The notes under the pieces were generated by a model. It worked only from the letters and a program-made list of their open reading frames with translations. It was not told the DNA's origin and did not search any database. The position numbers and the translations under genes were made by a program. Of a stretch of DNA of 64,000 bases, positions 25,378 to 38,185 are shown one piece after another. Origin of the DNA: Felis catus (Eukaryota); NCBI RefSeq assembly GCF_018350175.1, contig NC_058368.1:51523815-51587814 (forward strand), read 5' to 3'. How positions within the stretch are numbered: position 1 is the stretch's first letter; each line of letters begins with the position of its first letter.

Positions 25378-26968
25378 GATTACCTATAATTTAAAATTAT
25401 GACCTTCAGCGATTTGTGGAAAAAACCAGATTTCCTACTCGGCACTGAATTTTTATAAGCTTGTTTATGTAACAAAGATGTTTCTTGCCCAGTGATTCAA
25501 TGATCCATCATTAACCAGCCTTGTTCGTTCGAACACATTGTTTTAGGAGCTTAATTGACTCAGCCCTCCCATACAAGGTGAAATTTGCTCAGGAACCCCG
25601 CTGACTAGTAGAGTAGCTTTGTACATAAGAATATGAATTAAATGTTTGTGTAAATAACAAATGATAGTCACACTGGCTCCACTTTTTTTTTAATTGTTAA
25701 AAGAGTAATAAGAAAGATCACAATACTATAGAAATGACCAAGATATATGATCTTTAGGTAATTCTGATTTATGGAAGAATGAGGTAATCCTAAAATATTA
25801 CTGCTGTTAGGTTTTTTGTAAAAAAGGAACTTTCCTTTTCAGTTAAGGACATACATTCACATCAGATATTTTATGTAATAATGTATAATTTTTACATTCA
25901 TGTTTCTGAAAACAGGAATGATACTGAGTTGAAATATTTAGTTGCTTTGGCTATAATCTTAAGATTCCCTTTTAGGTAGTCCTCTAATTAGTATTAGAAA
26001 ATGTATACTTGAAGCATATTGAGAAAGAATATTTCTCTAGAATGTTCTTCATGTTTCTTTTGCAGCCAATTTATACTTGAGTTAATGAAGAAATCTTCCA
26101 ATGTAGCTGGAAACTATCATAGTACGAGCTCTAAAGACATAAAGTAAATGAATGAATGAGGTTTTTCTATATAGCTTTAGAAATAGCTTAATAAAGTGTC
26201 TGAACAGCAATATAACATTTTTGTACTCCTATGCTGTCAGAATATATTTGAGTTCCTTCTCTGTTTCCAGCCCTGGACTAGGCACTAAGCATACCTTTCA
26301 GGAAAAGCCAATGTCATGGAAGTATTACATGTAATTAGGAGTGATATTCAAATATTTAACAACATATGTATCACAGTCCTACACAATCAGAAGTGAAGCC
26401 AGCAGTAAACAACAGATTTAGCTGGACCCGTGTATCCTGTCTCTAAGTAATTCTTGGTTTCATCACCTGTAGCCTCTGGGCCACTTACTGAAAATGTGTA
26501 CTTGCTCCTCAGTTAAGATCAGGATAGCTGGGTCTCCTTTCTTTGTTTTTTTGGGTCCTCTGTTTCTGATTCTACACCATACCATGTGCTTTGATTTTCC
26601 TCTGTTTCTTCAAGTATGTCAGTCATTCAGTCCCAGGTGCTAATCTGAATTTTGTATCTTCCACTTCCTCAGTTTCTGGTTATGCCCTTGACTTTTTTTT
26701 TTTTTTTTTTTGCCTACTTGTTTCTGGGTTCCTGATCATATTGCAATATATATTTTACTTCTCTAGTCTGTGTTAACATCAGTCCTCTGACCATCACATA
26801 ATACTTCATCTCTACTTTTCTTAAGGTGTTTGTTTCTCTTGGTTACTTAAGTAAAGGTCGTATCAATCCTTCTAGATTTTAAACTTTTGACAGCAGAGAG
26901 CAAGTCTTATAGAACTGGATATACCAATTACTGTTACATTGTTCAGTATAAAAATATTATGGTTATGG

Positions 26969-27173
26969 GGTTTTTTTAAATTAATTTTTTTTATTTTGTA
27001 GAGACATAGACAGCGTGAGTTGGGGAAGGGCAGAAAGAGAGGGAGAGAGAGGATCCTAAGCAGGCTCTGTGATGGCAGCAAAGCCCAATGTGGGGCTCAG
27101 ACCCAAGAAGCCATGAGATCATGACCAAACCAAGAGTCGGTTGCTCAAAACAATTGAGCCACCCAGGTGTCCC
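26969..27173 (-). mobile_element. Can-SINE
   Basis: TSD ATGGTTATGG at 26959-26968 and 27174-27183. Confidence 0.96.
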
Positions 27174-27184
27174 ATGGTTATGGT

Positions 27185-27415
27185 TTTAAAAGTCCTTTCC
27201 TACAAAGAGATATACACTGAAATTCTTAAGTGAAATATACATCTGGCATTTATTTAAAAATACCCTAGAAACAAGCTTGGGGATACATAGAAGATAAAAT
27301 AAGGAAAATAAAATATTGGCAATTATTAAAGTTGAATAATGGGTTGATTAGGGGTCATTGTACTTTTTTCTCTATTTTTGTATGTTTGAAAATTTCCATA
27401 ATAAAAGTTAAATTA
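27185..27415 (+). mobile_element. Old L1 (L1ME-like) 3' end
   Basis: GTATGTTTGAAAATTTCCATAATAAAAGTT terminal motif. Confidence 0.7.
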
Positions 27416-27499
27416 TGTATAAATATAAATTACATATAAATATAAAGAAAATAATAATAAATATAAATAAAAGTCTACATTAAAGTATTTGTTAAAAGA

Positions 27500-27905
27500 A
27501 TTGGCCCCTGAACTTGCCCCTTCCCCTGATCTGGCATGATTGCTGGACAACATATATGTCTTCCTTGTTCTCATCTAAAGGGGATGCCATCTGGAGTGGC
27601 CGCTTTGCTTACAAGAGTTTCCTCTTTTCTGGGAATGGATCAAAACACAGGAGTGGGCCTCTAGTGGCCATGCCTATGCTACATGACACTGCTACACTCC
27701 AGCCAAAGTTCATTGACCCAGGTGTAGATGGACACACACTTGGGCCGATCATATCCTCTCTTCTGACAATCTGAAACTTGTAAGAGAGAAGCACACAAAC
27801 TGGTCTGATTGGAAGCTTGTTGTGTTAACGGCAAAGATAAGGCCTATGAACCCTCACTGTGAGGTTTTCTATTTGCCTTTCCCCTGCCTTCCTGGGCTCT
27901 GCATG
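27500..27905. mobile_element. Degenerate ERVL-type LTR fragment
   Basis: GGACACACACTTGGGCCGATCATATCCTCTCTTCTGACAATCTGAAACTTG resembles an LTR33/LTR16-family motif. Confidence 0.45.
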
Positions 27906-27911
27906 AGAATT

Positions 27912-27996
27912 CAATGTGGGCTTGAGCTCACGAAATGAGAGATCACGACCTGAGCCGAAGTCAGATGTTTAGCCAACCGAGCCGTCCAGATGTCCC
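27912..27996 (-). mobile_element. Can-SINE 5' half only
   Basis: GAGATCACGACCTGAGCCGAAGTCAGATG...CCAGATGTCCC; no GA tract or tail. Confidence 0.85.
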
Positions 27997-28149
27997 TAAA
28001 GAAAAGTTTACCTAATGTGTCATCTGAATGTAATGAACTCATTCACATGACAAGGAACCAAATGTCTGAATTCAACACATTTCTGTATGCAAAACATTTT
28101 TATGTTACTGTGCAGAGTGTTTCCTTTCTGCTTGCTCTGTCTCCTACCT

Positions 28150-29325
28150 TTAACAATAATTACTGAGTACCTACTATGTGCCTACACTGTGACAAGTGCT
28201 GAGTATGATGAGAAAAAACAGAAAGTTCTTGCCCTCGTGGAGCTTACAGTTTTATGTATGTACTATCGACTAATGATACTTGCTGTTGTGTTATTATAGA
28301 GATGAGTATTCAAGAGGAATGGAGTATACTTCTAAGAAGGTGAAGAACCAGAAAACCTGATTAAGCATGGGAGTGGGGAGTGAACTTGATTTGAAGGCTA
28401 AAAGATAAGTAATTTATGATTATATGAGAGGTTAGTGGAATGGAGGTTGGAGTGAAAAGTCATTCTCGAAAAGATGGCTTCCAGAATTCTGTCCAATCAA
28501 CAAAGTGGATGGAAACAGAGCTCCTAAATGCAAAAAGATGTTTGTCACTGATTAATAACTGAACTGGAATCTGTTTAATGTTCACTATTAAGGCAATAGT
28601 TAAACCAGTGCATTCACTTTATTATAAGAGTAAAAACTCCCTGAGGTTTCACTGGCCAGAACTGTGACACATCTGTCCTTCCTAAGCCAGGTAACAGTAA
28701 GGGCAGTGGTGGTACAGTGAATGGCTTAGAGACAAATTGCGATTTCTGTCCCTCAGGCTTGAGAAAGTCCCACTTCCCCTAAAGTGCATGGTTGTTTTAT
28801 GAGTGAGCCAGTTGGCAAAAAGAAATGGCTATTGCCTGGACAACCAACAATGTGTGAGGCAGATGGGTCAAGTGACCTAGACAGGAGTTGTTCTATGGGA
28901 GCTGTGGGGGTGGAAATTTGATTGGAGTGAATTCCAGAGAGAATGAAAAGAGAACCATTACAGTAGTAAGTATAGACAACTCTTTTGAGAATTTTTTCTA
29001 GAAGAGCTAGAAAAGAAATGAAGTGGTAGCTGGACAATGATGTAGGGGCCAAGGGAGGTTTGTATTTATGATTGGAGAAATTACTGCATGTTTAATGTTG
29101 ATGGGTATGGACCTATAGGAAGACAAAAGTTGAGATGCAGAAGAGAGGAGGTGATGTTGATTAAGACAGAGGTGGTAGACATGAATGCACAGGTGGGAGG
29201 TTGATCTCAGGAGGAAGATAATTCATCCACAGTGATAGGAGGCAATGAAAAGTCTTTGGGTGCAGATGCAGTAGATGTGTGGATGGGATAGGGAGCTCAT
29301 GTTAATTCTCTTCTGATTGCTTATG
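28150..29325 (-). mobile_element. L2 fragments (with a probable MaLR piece ~28640-28855)
   Basis: TTACTGAGTACCTACTATGTGCC (L2 3' end); AGTATAGACAACTCTTTTGAGAATTTT; TTCTCTTCTGATTGCTT. Confidence 0.7.
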
Positions 29326-29539
29326 CAGAACTCCAACATGTAAAGTAGATTAAAGTAATGAATAGGTGTCTCAGGCAGATTAAATTCTTGTTTGACACAG
29401 AATATTTCATTGTGTCCCCATGAATAATTTCCATGTCTCGATACTTGATTTTAACTAGACTGTTAGTACAGTAAGGTTATTGTTTGAAAGATATATTTAT
29501 AAATACATCAGTGGGATCAATGCTAGGACAGAAGGAGGT

Positions 29540-29990
29540 GGCCCTGCACTTTGAATAAAATTCAGACTCCTTACTAGAGACTACAGATCACTACATAATC
29601 TGGCCTTTGTCCTCCTCTCTAAACTCATCAAGTATTATTCTTCTGTTGTTTACTCTGTTCTAGCCAAATTATATTTCTTTTTTTTTGGCAATGTCCAGCT
29701 CATTTTAGTTTTATGATCTCAGTGCTTCCTGTTTCCCTCTTCTTGGAAACTTTCCATCAGGTATGCATAGGACAGTCTCACTGGCATCATTTAGGGTTCA
29801 GTGAGGCTCCTTGGTCTCCTTATCTAAAGCTGTTATATCCTAACCAACCACTAGTTTATCGCTGTATTTTGTTTCTTTGTGGCATTTATTACTAACCAAA
29901 CTTCTATTACTTCTTCCTTAATTTCTACATCCCCAGCAATTAATATAGAGCCTGGTATATATTAGATGTCTAAATTCTTTCAAATTAATG
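29540..29990 (+). mobile_element. L2 3' fragment
   Basis: AATAAAATTCAGACTCCTTAC...ACATAATCTGGCC...AGAGCCTGGTATATATTAGATG. Confidence 0.65.
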
Positions 29991-30484
29991 CATACAAAAG
30001 GCTCTGTTTTTGTCCTTAATTGTAATTAACCTTTTTATCAGTAACTTAGAAAAAGACATAGAATGACATGTTTATCAAATTTGTAGACACTGTTAACTTA
30101 AATGGAATATATAACTATCCCAATATGTTGTAATGAAGTGCTAAAATAAACCTATTTTAACAGGGATAAAGGCAAAATGTGAAATTTAGGTTAAAAAATT
30201 TACTAAGGAATCATAGCTCAGCAGTATTTCATGAGTAAAAAGGCCTAGGAATTTTAATTGTAGGCTGCAGGGCAGCTTAAATAGTTAGCCTGAATTAATA
30301 GAGGCACAGTAGCCAGAAAATGGTGCCCTATATTCTGCTGAGTTAAACCCACGGCTAGGAGCAGTGTGCTTGTTTAGGTTGTTTGGTTGTCTGAACGTTT
30401 CTTTACACTTACTTTTAACTCATTGTGTTTCAATGAGCAGCGCGAACTGTTGTGTCAACTGGCCAGCAACTTGTGTTCTTGCAG

Positions 30485-30538
30485 GCAACATGAATGGAAA
30501 AATGAACTTGTAATCATCCAGCTGATTATTGAACAAAG
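30485..30538 (+). other. Candidate 54-nt frame-preserving exon (QHEWKNELVIIQLIIEQ)
   Basis: Acceptor TTGTGTTCTTGCAG, donor AAG|GTAATA, open phase 2-2, unique CpG-containing flank. Confidence 0.25.
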
Positions 30539-32082
30539 GTAATAGTTATCCTTGATGACATCAGACTCTTGAATTACCTCCACACCAGGGTGTGTCTGTA
30601 GAGGGAATGATCCTCTTCCAAGGCTCCAGCTCTCACTGGGCTCACTAGGGGTGGCAATGGCTCCCTTCCATTACTGGTCTTTGGGGACTAAACATGCCTT
30701 TTGGGTCCCCTAGCCCTGCTCTCATCTCCATGAGAGTCCCTTCATTAAATTCTACTCAATGTCTCAATTTCCTTTAGGATACCAATTGATAGCATAGCTT
30801 TTGGGATTCTTCAGGCTGTAAAATTAGGAGGGCCAAATTTTACATTCCTTAATCATTATGCACATACCTCAGTTTAAGTATTTGTAATTATAACTTTTGA
30901 ATACTTGCATGTGTGGATATCTTGTATACCTTATTCCTAGTTCTTAAAGTTACAGAACAAGGTAGGCATTATTATTTACATTTTACAAATGAGGAACTTG
31001 AAGGTCAGAGAAGTTAGGTAATTTAGCCAGGTGATTCTTTATAGATGACAGAGACTTAATCTGAATTTGACTCCAAAGCCCACATTGCTGTTTCCATTAC
31101 ACCTACAACCTCTCTTATCTCCATCATGCACATTGGATTCTCTTTTGTTAGCCTGATTACTTATCTGGAATTTGGTAAGTTTTTTGAAAGTACATACTAT
31201 ATTGTATTCTTTTATCTCCACTGCCTAGCACAGTGTCTGGCACATGGAAGACATAGAACATATGTTTTGAATGAGTGGATAGAGGAGAAATGTCACTTAC
31301 CTATTAACCTGTATTTCAATTCTTTGAGAATACTTGCGTCAGGTCTTTAATTTCATATTTACTATCCTATTAAATTCCTTCATGCTCCCTTTCCCTTTTA
31401 ATCACGGGTGATTCCTTTTGTGTACTTGATTTTCTTCTATATGCATTCCTTGCTGAACATATAGACATATCATACACCAGAGACAGCATGAATCTGGCAA
31501 CTTGGAAATGGCGAGAAAATAAAAATATAGATAATGATAATATCTATTTGGTGGGTCTGGGGTTAAGAGTAGTAGGAAGACATTGTTAAAAGCCACTTAA
31601 ATTTGTCCATGCCTTCTCTTAACATCTATTGATTTATTTGGATACACTACAGGTGGTTTTAATTCTGTGCTTGCCACTAGTAAAATGAAGAGTTTCCACT
31701 TTGTATATTTTAGTATATATACAGCAGATACTTTGAATTAATTATTTGTCATAGGTTATTATACTCATTAAAACATATATACTTGCCTTAGAGAATGGCT
31801 TAAGAAATACTAAATGAATGATAGCAAATAACATGCCTGGAAATTATAATTTTCCTTATCTACTTAGACATAGATGAAGTATGTTGATCTATTTTGTAAA
31901 ATGTTTAACAAAGAATGCTGGCCAAATTTAACAGCCACAGTGTTCACTTGCAGCAGGATGTTCTATAGTAGGGAAAATGCAATCCAAACCTTTGCTTTTA
32001 TTCATATAATCATGTTTTGGCTTTGTCATTGGGGTTCTGATATGGAAATAATCACAGCAGAAGTCCTAGAACACTAAAATGT

Positions 32083-32201
32083 TACAACTAAGCAAGAAAG
32101 TATTAGATTATACTAATATACTAGATTATACTAATTACTAGATTATACTAATATACTAGATTATACTAATATACAACTAAACAAGAAAGTATTAGATTAT
32201 A
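32083..32201. repeat. Compound repeat: 30-bp direct duplication enclosing four 17-18 bp units
   Basis: TACAACTAA[G/A]CAAGAAAGTATTAGATTATA at 32083-32112 and 32172-32201; TAGATTATACTAATATAC x4 at 32104-32174. Confidence 0.95.
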
Positions 32202-32279
32202 GAAGAAATCTGACTCCAATTTTCTGATTAGTTTATTCTCATGAAACTTTCTTCGAACTTCTAAAAAATTTCAACTCAA

Positions 32280-32485
32280 GGGGCGCCTGGGTGGCGCAGT
32301 CAGTTAAGTGTCCGACTTCAGCCACGTCAGGATCTCGCAGTCCGTGAGTTTGAGCCCCGCATCAGGCTCTGGGCTGATGGCTCGGAGCCTGGAGCCCGCT
32401 TCAGATTCTGTGCCTCCCTCTCTCCCTGCCCCTCCCCTGTTCATGCTCTGTCTCTCTATGTCCCAAAAGTAAATAAACGTTGAAA
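32280..32485 (+). mobile_element. Young Can-SINE (SINEC_Fc-like)
   Basis: CpG-rich; TSD AAAAAATTTCAACTCAA at 32263-32279 and 32486-32502. Confidence 0.97.
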
Positions 32486-32675
32486 AAAAAATTTCAACTC
32501 AACAAAAAGAACAGAAGAATAGTAAAATGAATATCCATATACCTTTCTCCCAGATTAACTAATTATTCACATTGTGCCATATATGTTTTATCCCCCTTTA
32601 TAACTAATAACACTTATTTTTTGAGGCATTTAGGGCAGATAACTAATAAAAATGTTCACACACACATTTTATTGC

Positions 32676-32805
32676 CTTTAGCAACAACTAGGTCTATAAG
32701 TTCTACAAGGGCAGGAACCAGGCCTGTCTTGCACATTGCTGCATCCCCAGCACCTAATGTAATGTGTGACATGTAGTAGGAGCTCAATAAATATTCATTG
32801 ACTGA
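32676..32805 (+). mobile_element. L2 3' end
   Basis: AAGGGCAGGAACCAGGCCTGTCTTG...CCCCAGCACCTA...GTAGGAGCTCAATAAATATTCATTGA. Confidence 0.8.
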
Positions 32806-34888
32806 TGGGCTGAGTTGTTCTTCATACACTTGGCCCTTACTAGCTGCACATATCAATCAAAGCTTGAAAAAAATTAAGTCAATCTGACCTTAATGCAAAA
32901 TATTCAAAAGTACTCAAGTTTTAAGGGAAATATATTTAAATCCTCTTATTTCTCTTGGCACTTATACAAAGCCTTGCACCATGTAGGTGCTTATTAAGTA
33001 TCCCTTGAAGAAAACTTGGTTAGAGTATCCAAATAGTTTGACTATGATCAAACTTTGGAAAATAAGCCCCAAAGATAAAAACTTGGAGGGTGAGTTTATT
33101 CAGACCGGGACAATTTGTGAATGAATCTGGTGTTTCAGCTGGTCTCTGTTGAAAGATTAAATCCTAGAGCTGGAATTCAGAGAAAGGGAAGAACAATGAA
33201 CACAAAACAGGGGGAAAAAGTAAACTTAAACTACTACACAGGAATTCTTAGACATAAAGAATACCTTCGTAAGAGTGACGACTGTTAAGTTTTGAAATTG
33301 GGAGATTAAGAGAGGCAATTCTCTTCTGTAGATCTCTTCCGCTGTGGAGGAATCTACTATAAGTAGAGGTCTAGCCTTTTATATGTTTCTTACTAAAATG
33401 ACCACATCTAAACATACCAAATAGATAAAGAAGAACATCAATAGAATATTTCTCTTTTGCGTACATAATAAAGTTAAAATATATTAGCATATAATTCAAG
33501 GTCCTCTGCAAAGCTAACTCCCAACTACCTTAATACCTTTGCTTCTCCTGTTTCTAGCTTGGGTTGTGGTCCAGAGTTTTCCTGTGTTCTATGGAACTCT
33601 AGTGCCCCTAATAGAAAGCATCTAACATCTCTAATATAGAACATCTGGTGTTAAAAATTTTGCATGGTGAAATAAGTGTGAGAAATGTTTCATATTATAT
33701 CTCTGACCCACCTACTGTAGGTTCAATAATAAATGAACCTCATTAGCCCAATCAGAACTACATTAACATAATTAGAAGACCTGAAAAATTCTGCAGCGAG
33801 AAACCAGTTTCATGTGTAGTTTACCAGACTTACTTGACCAAAGAATTTTTTTTGGATGGCAGAATATTTATTAACGTCATGAAAGATACTTCTGTTCTCC
33901 AGAATACATTTGTTGAATGCTGCTTAACCATCATAATATTTGGAATTCCTTGAATATTGCTCATGCCATTTCTGACTGGAATAACTTATTTGAAAAAGTT
34001 CTCATCCTTAAAAAGATATTCCAAGGCACTTACAATAAGAAAGCCACAAAAGACAGGGAGTACTTGTGGAACTAATCCTGTGATTTAGTCCCATGTCCAA
34101 ATGTTCTTCAAGGTCTGTAATCAATTGTTATTATAAAGTTGGAAGCACAGTCTTTATGGACAGTTTTTCTGTATTCTCTCCTTATTTTGACTAATTTCAA
34201 CCTCAAAATTTGGTGTCATTTACATTTTAGTCTTTGGGATAAAGATTTTTTTGAATCAAGGAATTTGCACAATAATCAAGGACTTTGTATTTGTGGAGAG
34301 TTGGAATAATATTTGAAACAAATTGTTTCCATGAAATTAATATTTGGTAAGTTCAAAAGTGTCACCTGTTGAGTTTTGCAGGATTTGTTCAAATGAGCAA
34401 TTATTGAAAGAATTAAACTAATTCTTCATTAAATTCTTCATTCATTAAACTAATAAAATGAAATGAGAATCTTTCTTGGTGAACATAAATGAGCTTTGTT
34501 GACATATGCTTATGTGCTTATTTAGAGAAATAGAGAATGGATGACCATTCATGTTGAATACTCATTACTTTGTTGGTTTCTCTGAGACGTCCATAAATTA
34601 TATCATTTATTCACTATTTTTTTTTTTCAACTTACTGTTAAGAGGCAATTTCCATGAGTTTCTCATGTTTCTGCACATCTTGTGAGCAGAACAGAGGTAC
34701 TTATAGTCCTTTGTTCTGGATGATCTTTTCAAAGATGTTTGATAGTTGACAGAAGATAGAGATAATACCTCCCTCTGGAGCAGAGAGCCAGTCTCTTTGT
34801 TGTCCAGTATAGTTATTTTAATTATTGTCCTCTCAACCAGCTTTGGACAGATTTTCCTGTAGCTCAATCTTTTTTATTAAAAAAATGA

Positions 34889-35113
34889 GGGGCGCCTGGG
34901 TGGCTCAGTCGGTTAAGAGGCCGACTTCGGCTCAGGTCATGATTTCGCGGTCCATGAGTTCGAGCCCCACGTCGGGCTCTGTGCTGACAGCTCAGAGCCT
35001 GGAGCCTGTTTCAGATTCTGTGTCTCCCTCTCTCTGACCCTCCCCATTCATGCTCTGTCTCTCTCTGTCTCAAAAATAAATAAACGTTAAAAAAATGTTT
35101 AAAAATAAATAAA
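34889..35113 (+). mobile_element. Young Can-SINE
   Basis: Near-consensus, CpG-rich; TSD TAAAAAAATGA. Confidence 0.97.
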
Positions 35114-35293
35114 TAAAAAAATGAGATTTCTCAAGCTCAGGGTTTCTCAGCAGTGATGCAAACCCTTTGCGTGAGCAGCACTTGCCTAGGCTACTCTGTG
35201 TAACCTATGTGGAACTTGAAGGATAAGAGGGACCAACACAAACATGAAGCTCAAGGTGCTGACTACGCCATAAATAATGAAATCCTTGGTCTC

Positions 35294-35496
35294 AGGGCAC
35301 CTGGGCAGCTCTGTTGGTTAACCATCTGACCCTTGATTTTGGCTCAGGTTGTGATCTCATGGTTAGTGAGATTGAGCCCCTTATTGGGCTCTGGGCTGAC
35401 GGTGCAGAGCCTGCTTGGGATTCTCTTTCTCTCTCTCTCTGCCCCTCTCCCCTGCTTGCTTACTTGCTCTCTCTCTCTCTCTCAAAATAAGTAAGT
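35294..35496 (+). mobile_element. Can-SINE (older subfamily)
   Basis: GGGCACCTGGGCAGCTC head; AAATCCTT on both flanks. Confidence 0.94.
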
Positions 35497-36087
35497 AAAA
35501 TCCTTTGTGTTCAACCCAAGAGTCACACATCTGCCAGTATCCAAAAAACTATGGCAGACTAACGTGTTATCTTGCAGAGCTTGGTAGAATCTCAGAGCTG
35601 TAACAATTTTGTTGTTGTTGTTGTTGTGACAATTTCTGACTCTTGTAAGAAGCATACTCTTCAGGCATATGGCTTTAGAAGGTTTTTTCCTGGGTGTCAT
35701 TGAAGCTTGCCCTGAATCAGGATCCTCGGTATGGATCACTACTAAATGATCAGGTGAGGTAGAGCTGAATCTGGAGGGAGAAACATTGCTGGCCTGAGGT
35801 AGAACAAGGTAGAATGAAATCAGTGAACAGGGTTGATCTGGTCTTATCTAAGAAAAGCAATCGAAGCTGGGTTTAGAGTATATCTGAATGAGTGAACAGA
35901 CTAGGGAGTAGGTAGCCCTCTCTAGGGCTACAGGATGGCTCATGTAAGCACATATCCCAGACAAAAGTGGTCAGCAAAAGATTGGCAAAAAGTAACCACT
36001 TGATCACTTTCTATTCTAGAGCATGACTTTTTGTACAGAATAGACTCTTTTCCCTCCTCCCAAAGTGACCCTTAGGTAAGACTTTGA

Positions 36088-36303
36088 TGTTTCTTTTTTG
36101 AGTTTATTTATTTATTCTGAGAGAGAGAGTCCATGTGAGTAGGGGAGGGACAAAGAGAGAGAGAGGGAGAGAGAAAATCCCAAGCTGGCCCCATGTTGTC
36201 AGTGGAGATACCAACACAGGACTCCATCTCACAAACTGTGAGATCATGACCTGAACTGAAATCAAGAGTCAGATGCTTAATGACTGAGCCACCCACGTGT
36301 CCC
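36088..36303 (-). mobile_element. Can-SINE
   Basis: TSD AAGACTTTGA at 36078-36087 and 36304-36313. Confidence 0.95.
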
Positions 36304-37799
36304 AAGACTTTGAGTTTTTAAATTGGTAAGTCCTTGGGCTGTTCTAGCCCCAGATCTGGCAGGTTCTAGACATTGTCATTATTAGTGTTTAAAAGAAAAT
36401 AATGTTCTTTGCCTGATTGGGAACATTGGCTGAGGCCTGAGATTTTCCTTTTTTAGGGTGTGTTGGTTCCTGGTGTACTATTGTCCAGGCTCTTCTCCAG
36501 GATAGTCTTCTGCTCCTGCAACAAGTAACCCTTAATTGTCAAGGTGAAAGTATGGCACATGGGACCTTACGAGATCGCTCTGGATAAAAACAAACAAACA
36601 AACAAACAAAACAAGTTAATAGTGGCTTAAATAGTAACAAATTTCCAAGTGATGTGTCATTTGGTTTTCTCAGTATAAACAGTTTCGGTTCCCTCAGGAA
36701 TTTGGAACCGTTGGTTGTGCTCTTTCTAAAGGGGAATGTGGTTAAAATAGCAGCAGTCAGTCCAAGCTGGCAAGCAAAACCAGTGGTGGCTAAGCCTTCT
36801 TGTACTCATAAATAGACTTATAAAAATGGATATGCCATGAAACGCAATGGCCATCGTGTGATCATGTGAACGTTTGTGGAGAAAACTCCCTGGCTATTTA
36901 GGACGCTTAATTTTGGCCCTAATTATTGTGCCCTTCTGAGTAGCTGATCAGTTATGCTATTAATGTTATCGGCAGGATCATCAAAAATACAAATTGTCAT
37001 TACTTTAAAGAGAACATTTAGGAGTAATTTATTTTAGAAATGTATAATGTCATATGTTGCCTTTCAGTTTGATTATTCTTATCTACAGTGGGGAACATGC
37101 TTCTAATGTTGAATTTGGAATAAAAAAGGCAACATGAGTGAAAAAAAAACTCCAAAGTATAGGTCCTGGCCTTAAAGCAGAACTGGCTGTCATAAACCAA
37201 GTGCAAAAGCAATCCAAGAGAAACAGGTAAAATGAGATGGCATTAGGCATGCTAGGCCACACTGGATTTTAGGACAGCTAGTTAAGAGGGAAGCCCACCT
37301 GATCAGAAGTGCAGGGAAGCAAAAGAAATGTTTCACTTGGTGACAGAGACCGGGAAAAGCAAATATAGGCAGAAGGACTATATAGGCTTACCTGTGGCTC
37401 AGGGTAGATAGGACGACTATAAGCAAAACAAAGCATCAGACAGTGAGTATCCGATCAGGCTGCTTGAACAGAGCAAACGAGGTGGAAAGGGAGCTTCAAA
37501 GAACCTGCAAACTACAATCCAGTTTGTTCTGGGCCTGGTGATAGCTGTGTTGTTAGGAGCACCTGGAACAAGAATGGGATTGTTTGTATCTCTCACCTTT
37601 GGCTGGAGAACAACATTTCTCTGATGAAGAGGTCCCACCAGGCGTGTGTTAGTTAAGAGCCTCTCAACTGAGTCTGGGATAAGTATAGGCAGGAGTAGAG
37701 CTAAAACAAAATGCAGTAATTCAGAGAGGACATTTATATATACTACCAAACTGAGGGGCCAGAAGGTATCAGAAGTTCTGGGATGGAGTTGGGGTAAGC

Positions 37800-38185
37800 A
37801 TTCCTTTTTATTCAGTGTATATTATGTGCCAGGCTCTATGCTAGGTTTTGGGAATACAAAGATGATAAGACATAACACCTGCTCTGATAATTTAGAGTAT
37901 TGTAGCTAAATTAGACAAGCTGATTACAACCAAGTGTGGTGAGAACTGTGATAAAGATCACCACAGGGCTCTCCAGGAGCATACAAGGTGGCGGTGACGG
38001 GCACAGATTGTTAAAGGTGGCTTCTTGGAGGAGGTGATGGTCGAGCTGTGTCAAAAAACGTGAGTAGAAGGTAGGCAAGTAAAGATGAAGATTTGAGGTT
38101 TGTGCAGATCCTGTGAATTGAGAGAAGGAATGATGCATTCAGGAACCTTCAAGATTTCTGGGTAAATGAGGCTGGAGAGCCATAA
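37800..38185 (-). mobile_element. L2 3' fragment
   Basis: TTATGTGCCAGGCTCTATGCTAGGTTTTGGGAATACAAAGATG...GGCTTCTTGGAGGAGGTGATG. Confidence 0.8.

Larger units (their letters stand above)
34636..35640 (+). mobile_element. ERVL solo LTR (LTR40-like) split by two SINEs
   Basis: TGTTAAGAGGCAATTTCCATGAGTTTCTCATGTTTCTGCACATCTTGTGAGCAG start; CTGCCAGTATCCA...GGCAGACTAAC...AATCTCAGA end. Confidence 0.8.

Noticed and set aside
26066..26143. 78-nt open exon-like segment after TTTCTTTTGCAG
   Set aside because: Donor AAA|GTAAAT is weak and runs into a (TGAA)n tail typical of L2 ends.
32104..32174. CRISPR-like periodicity
   Set aside because: Units are contiguous with no unique spacers, and the DNA is mammalian.
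34889..34960. tRNA-like A/B-box sequence, repeated in all SINE heads
   Set aside because: These are Can-SINE heads, not tRNA genes.
37417..37749. 110-aa minus-strand ORF
   Set aside because: No recognisable domain or gene context; the region looks like a decayed LTR.
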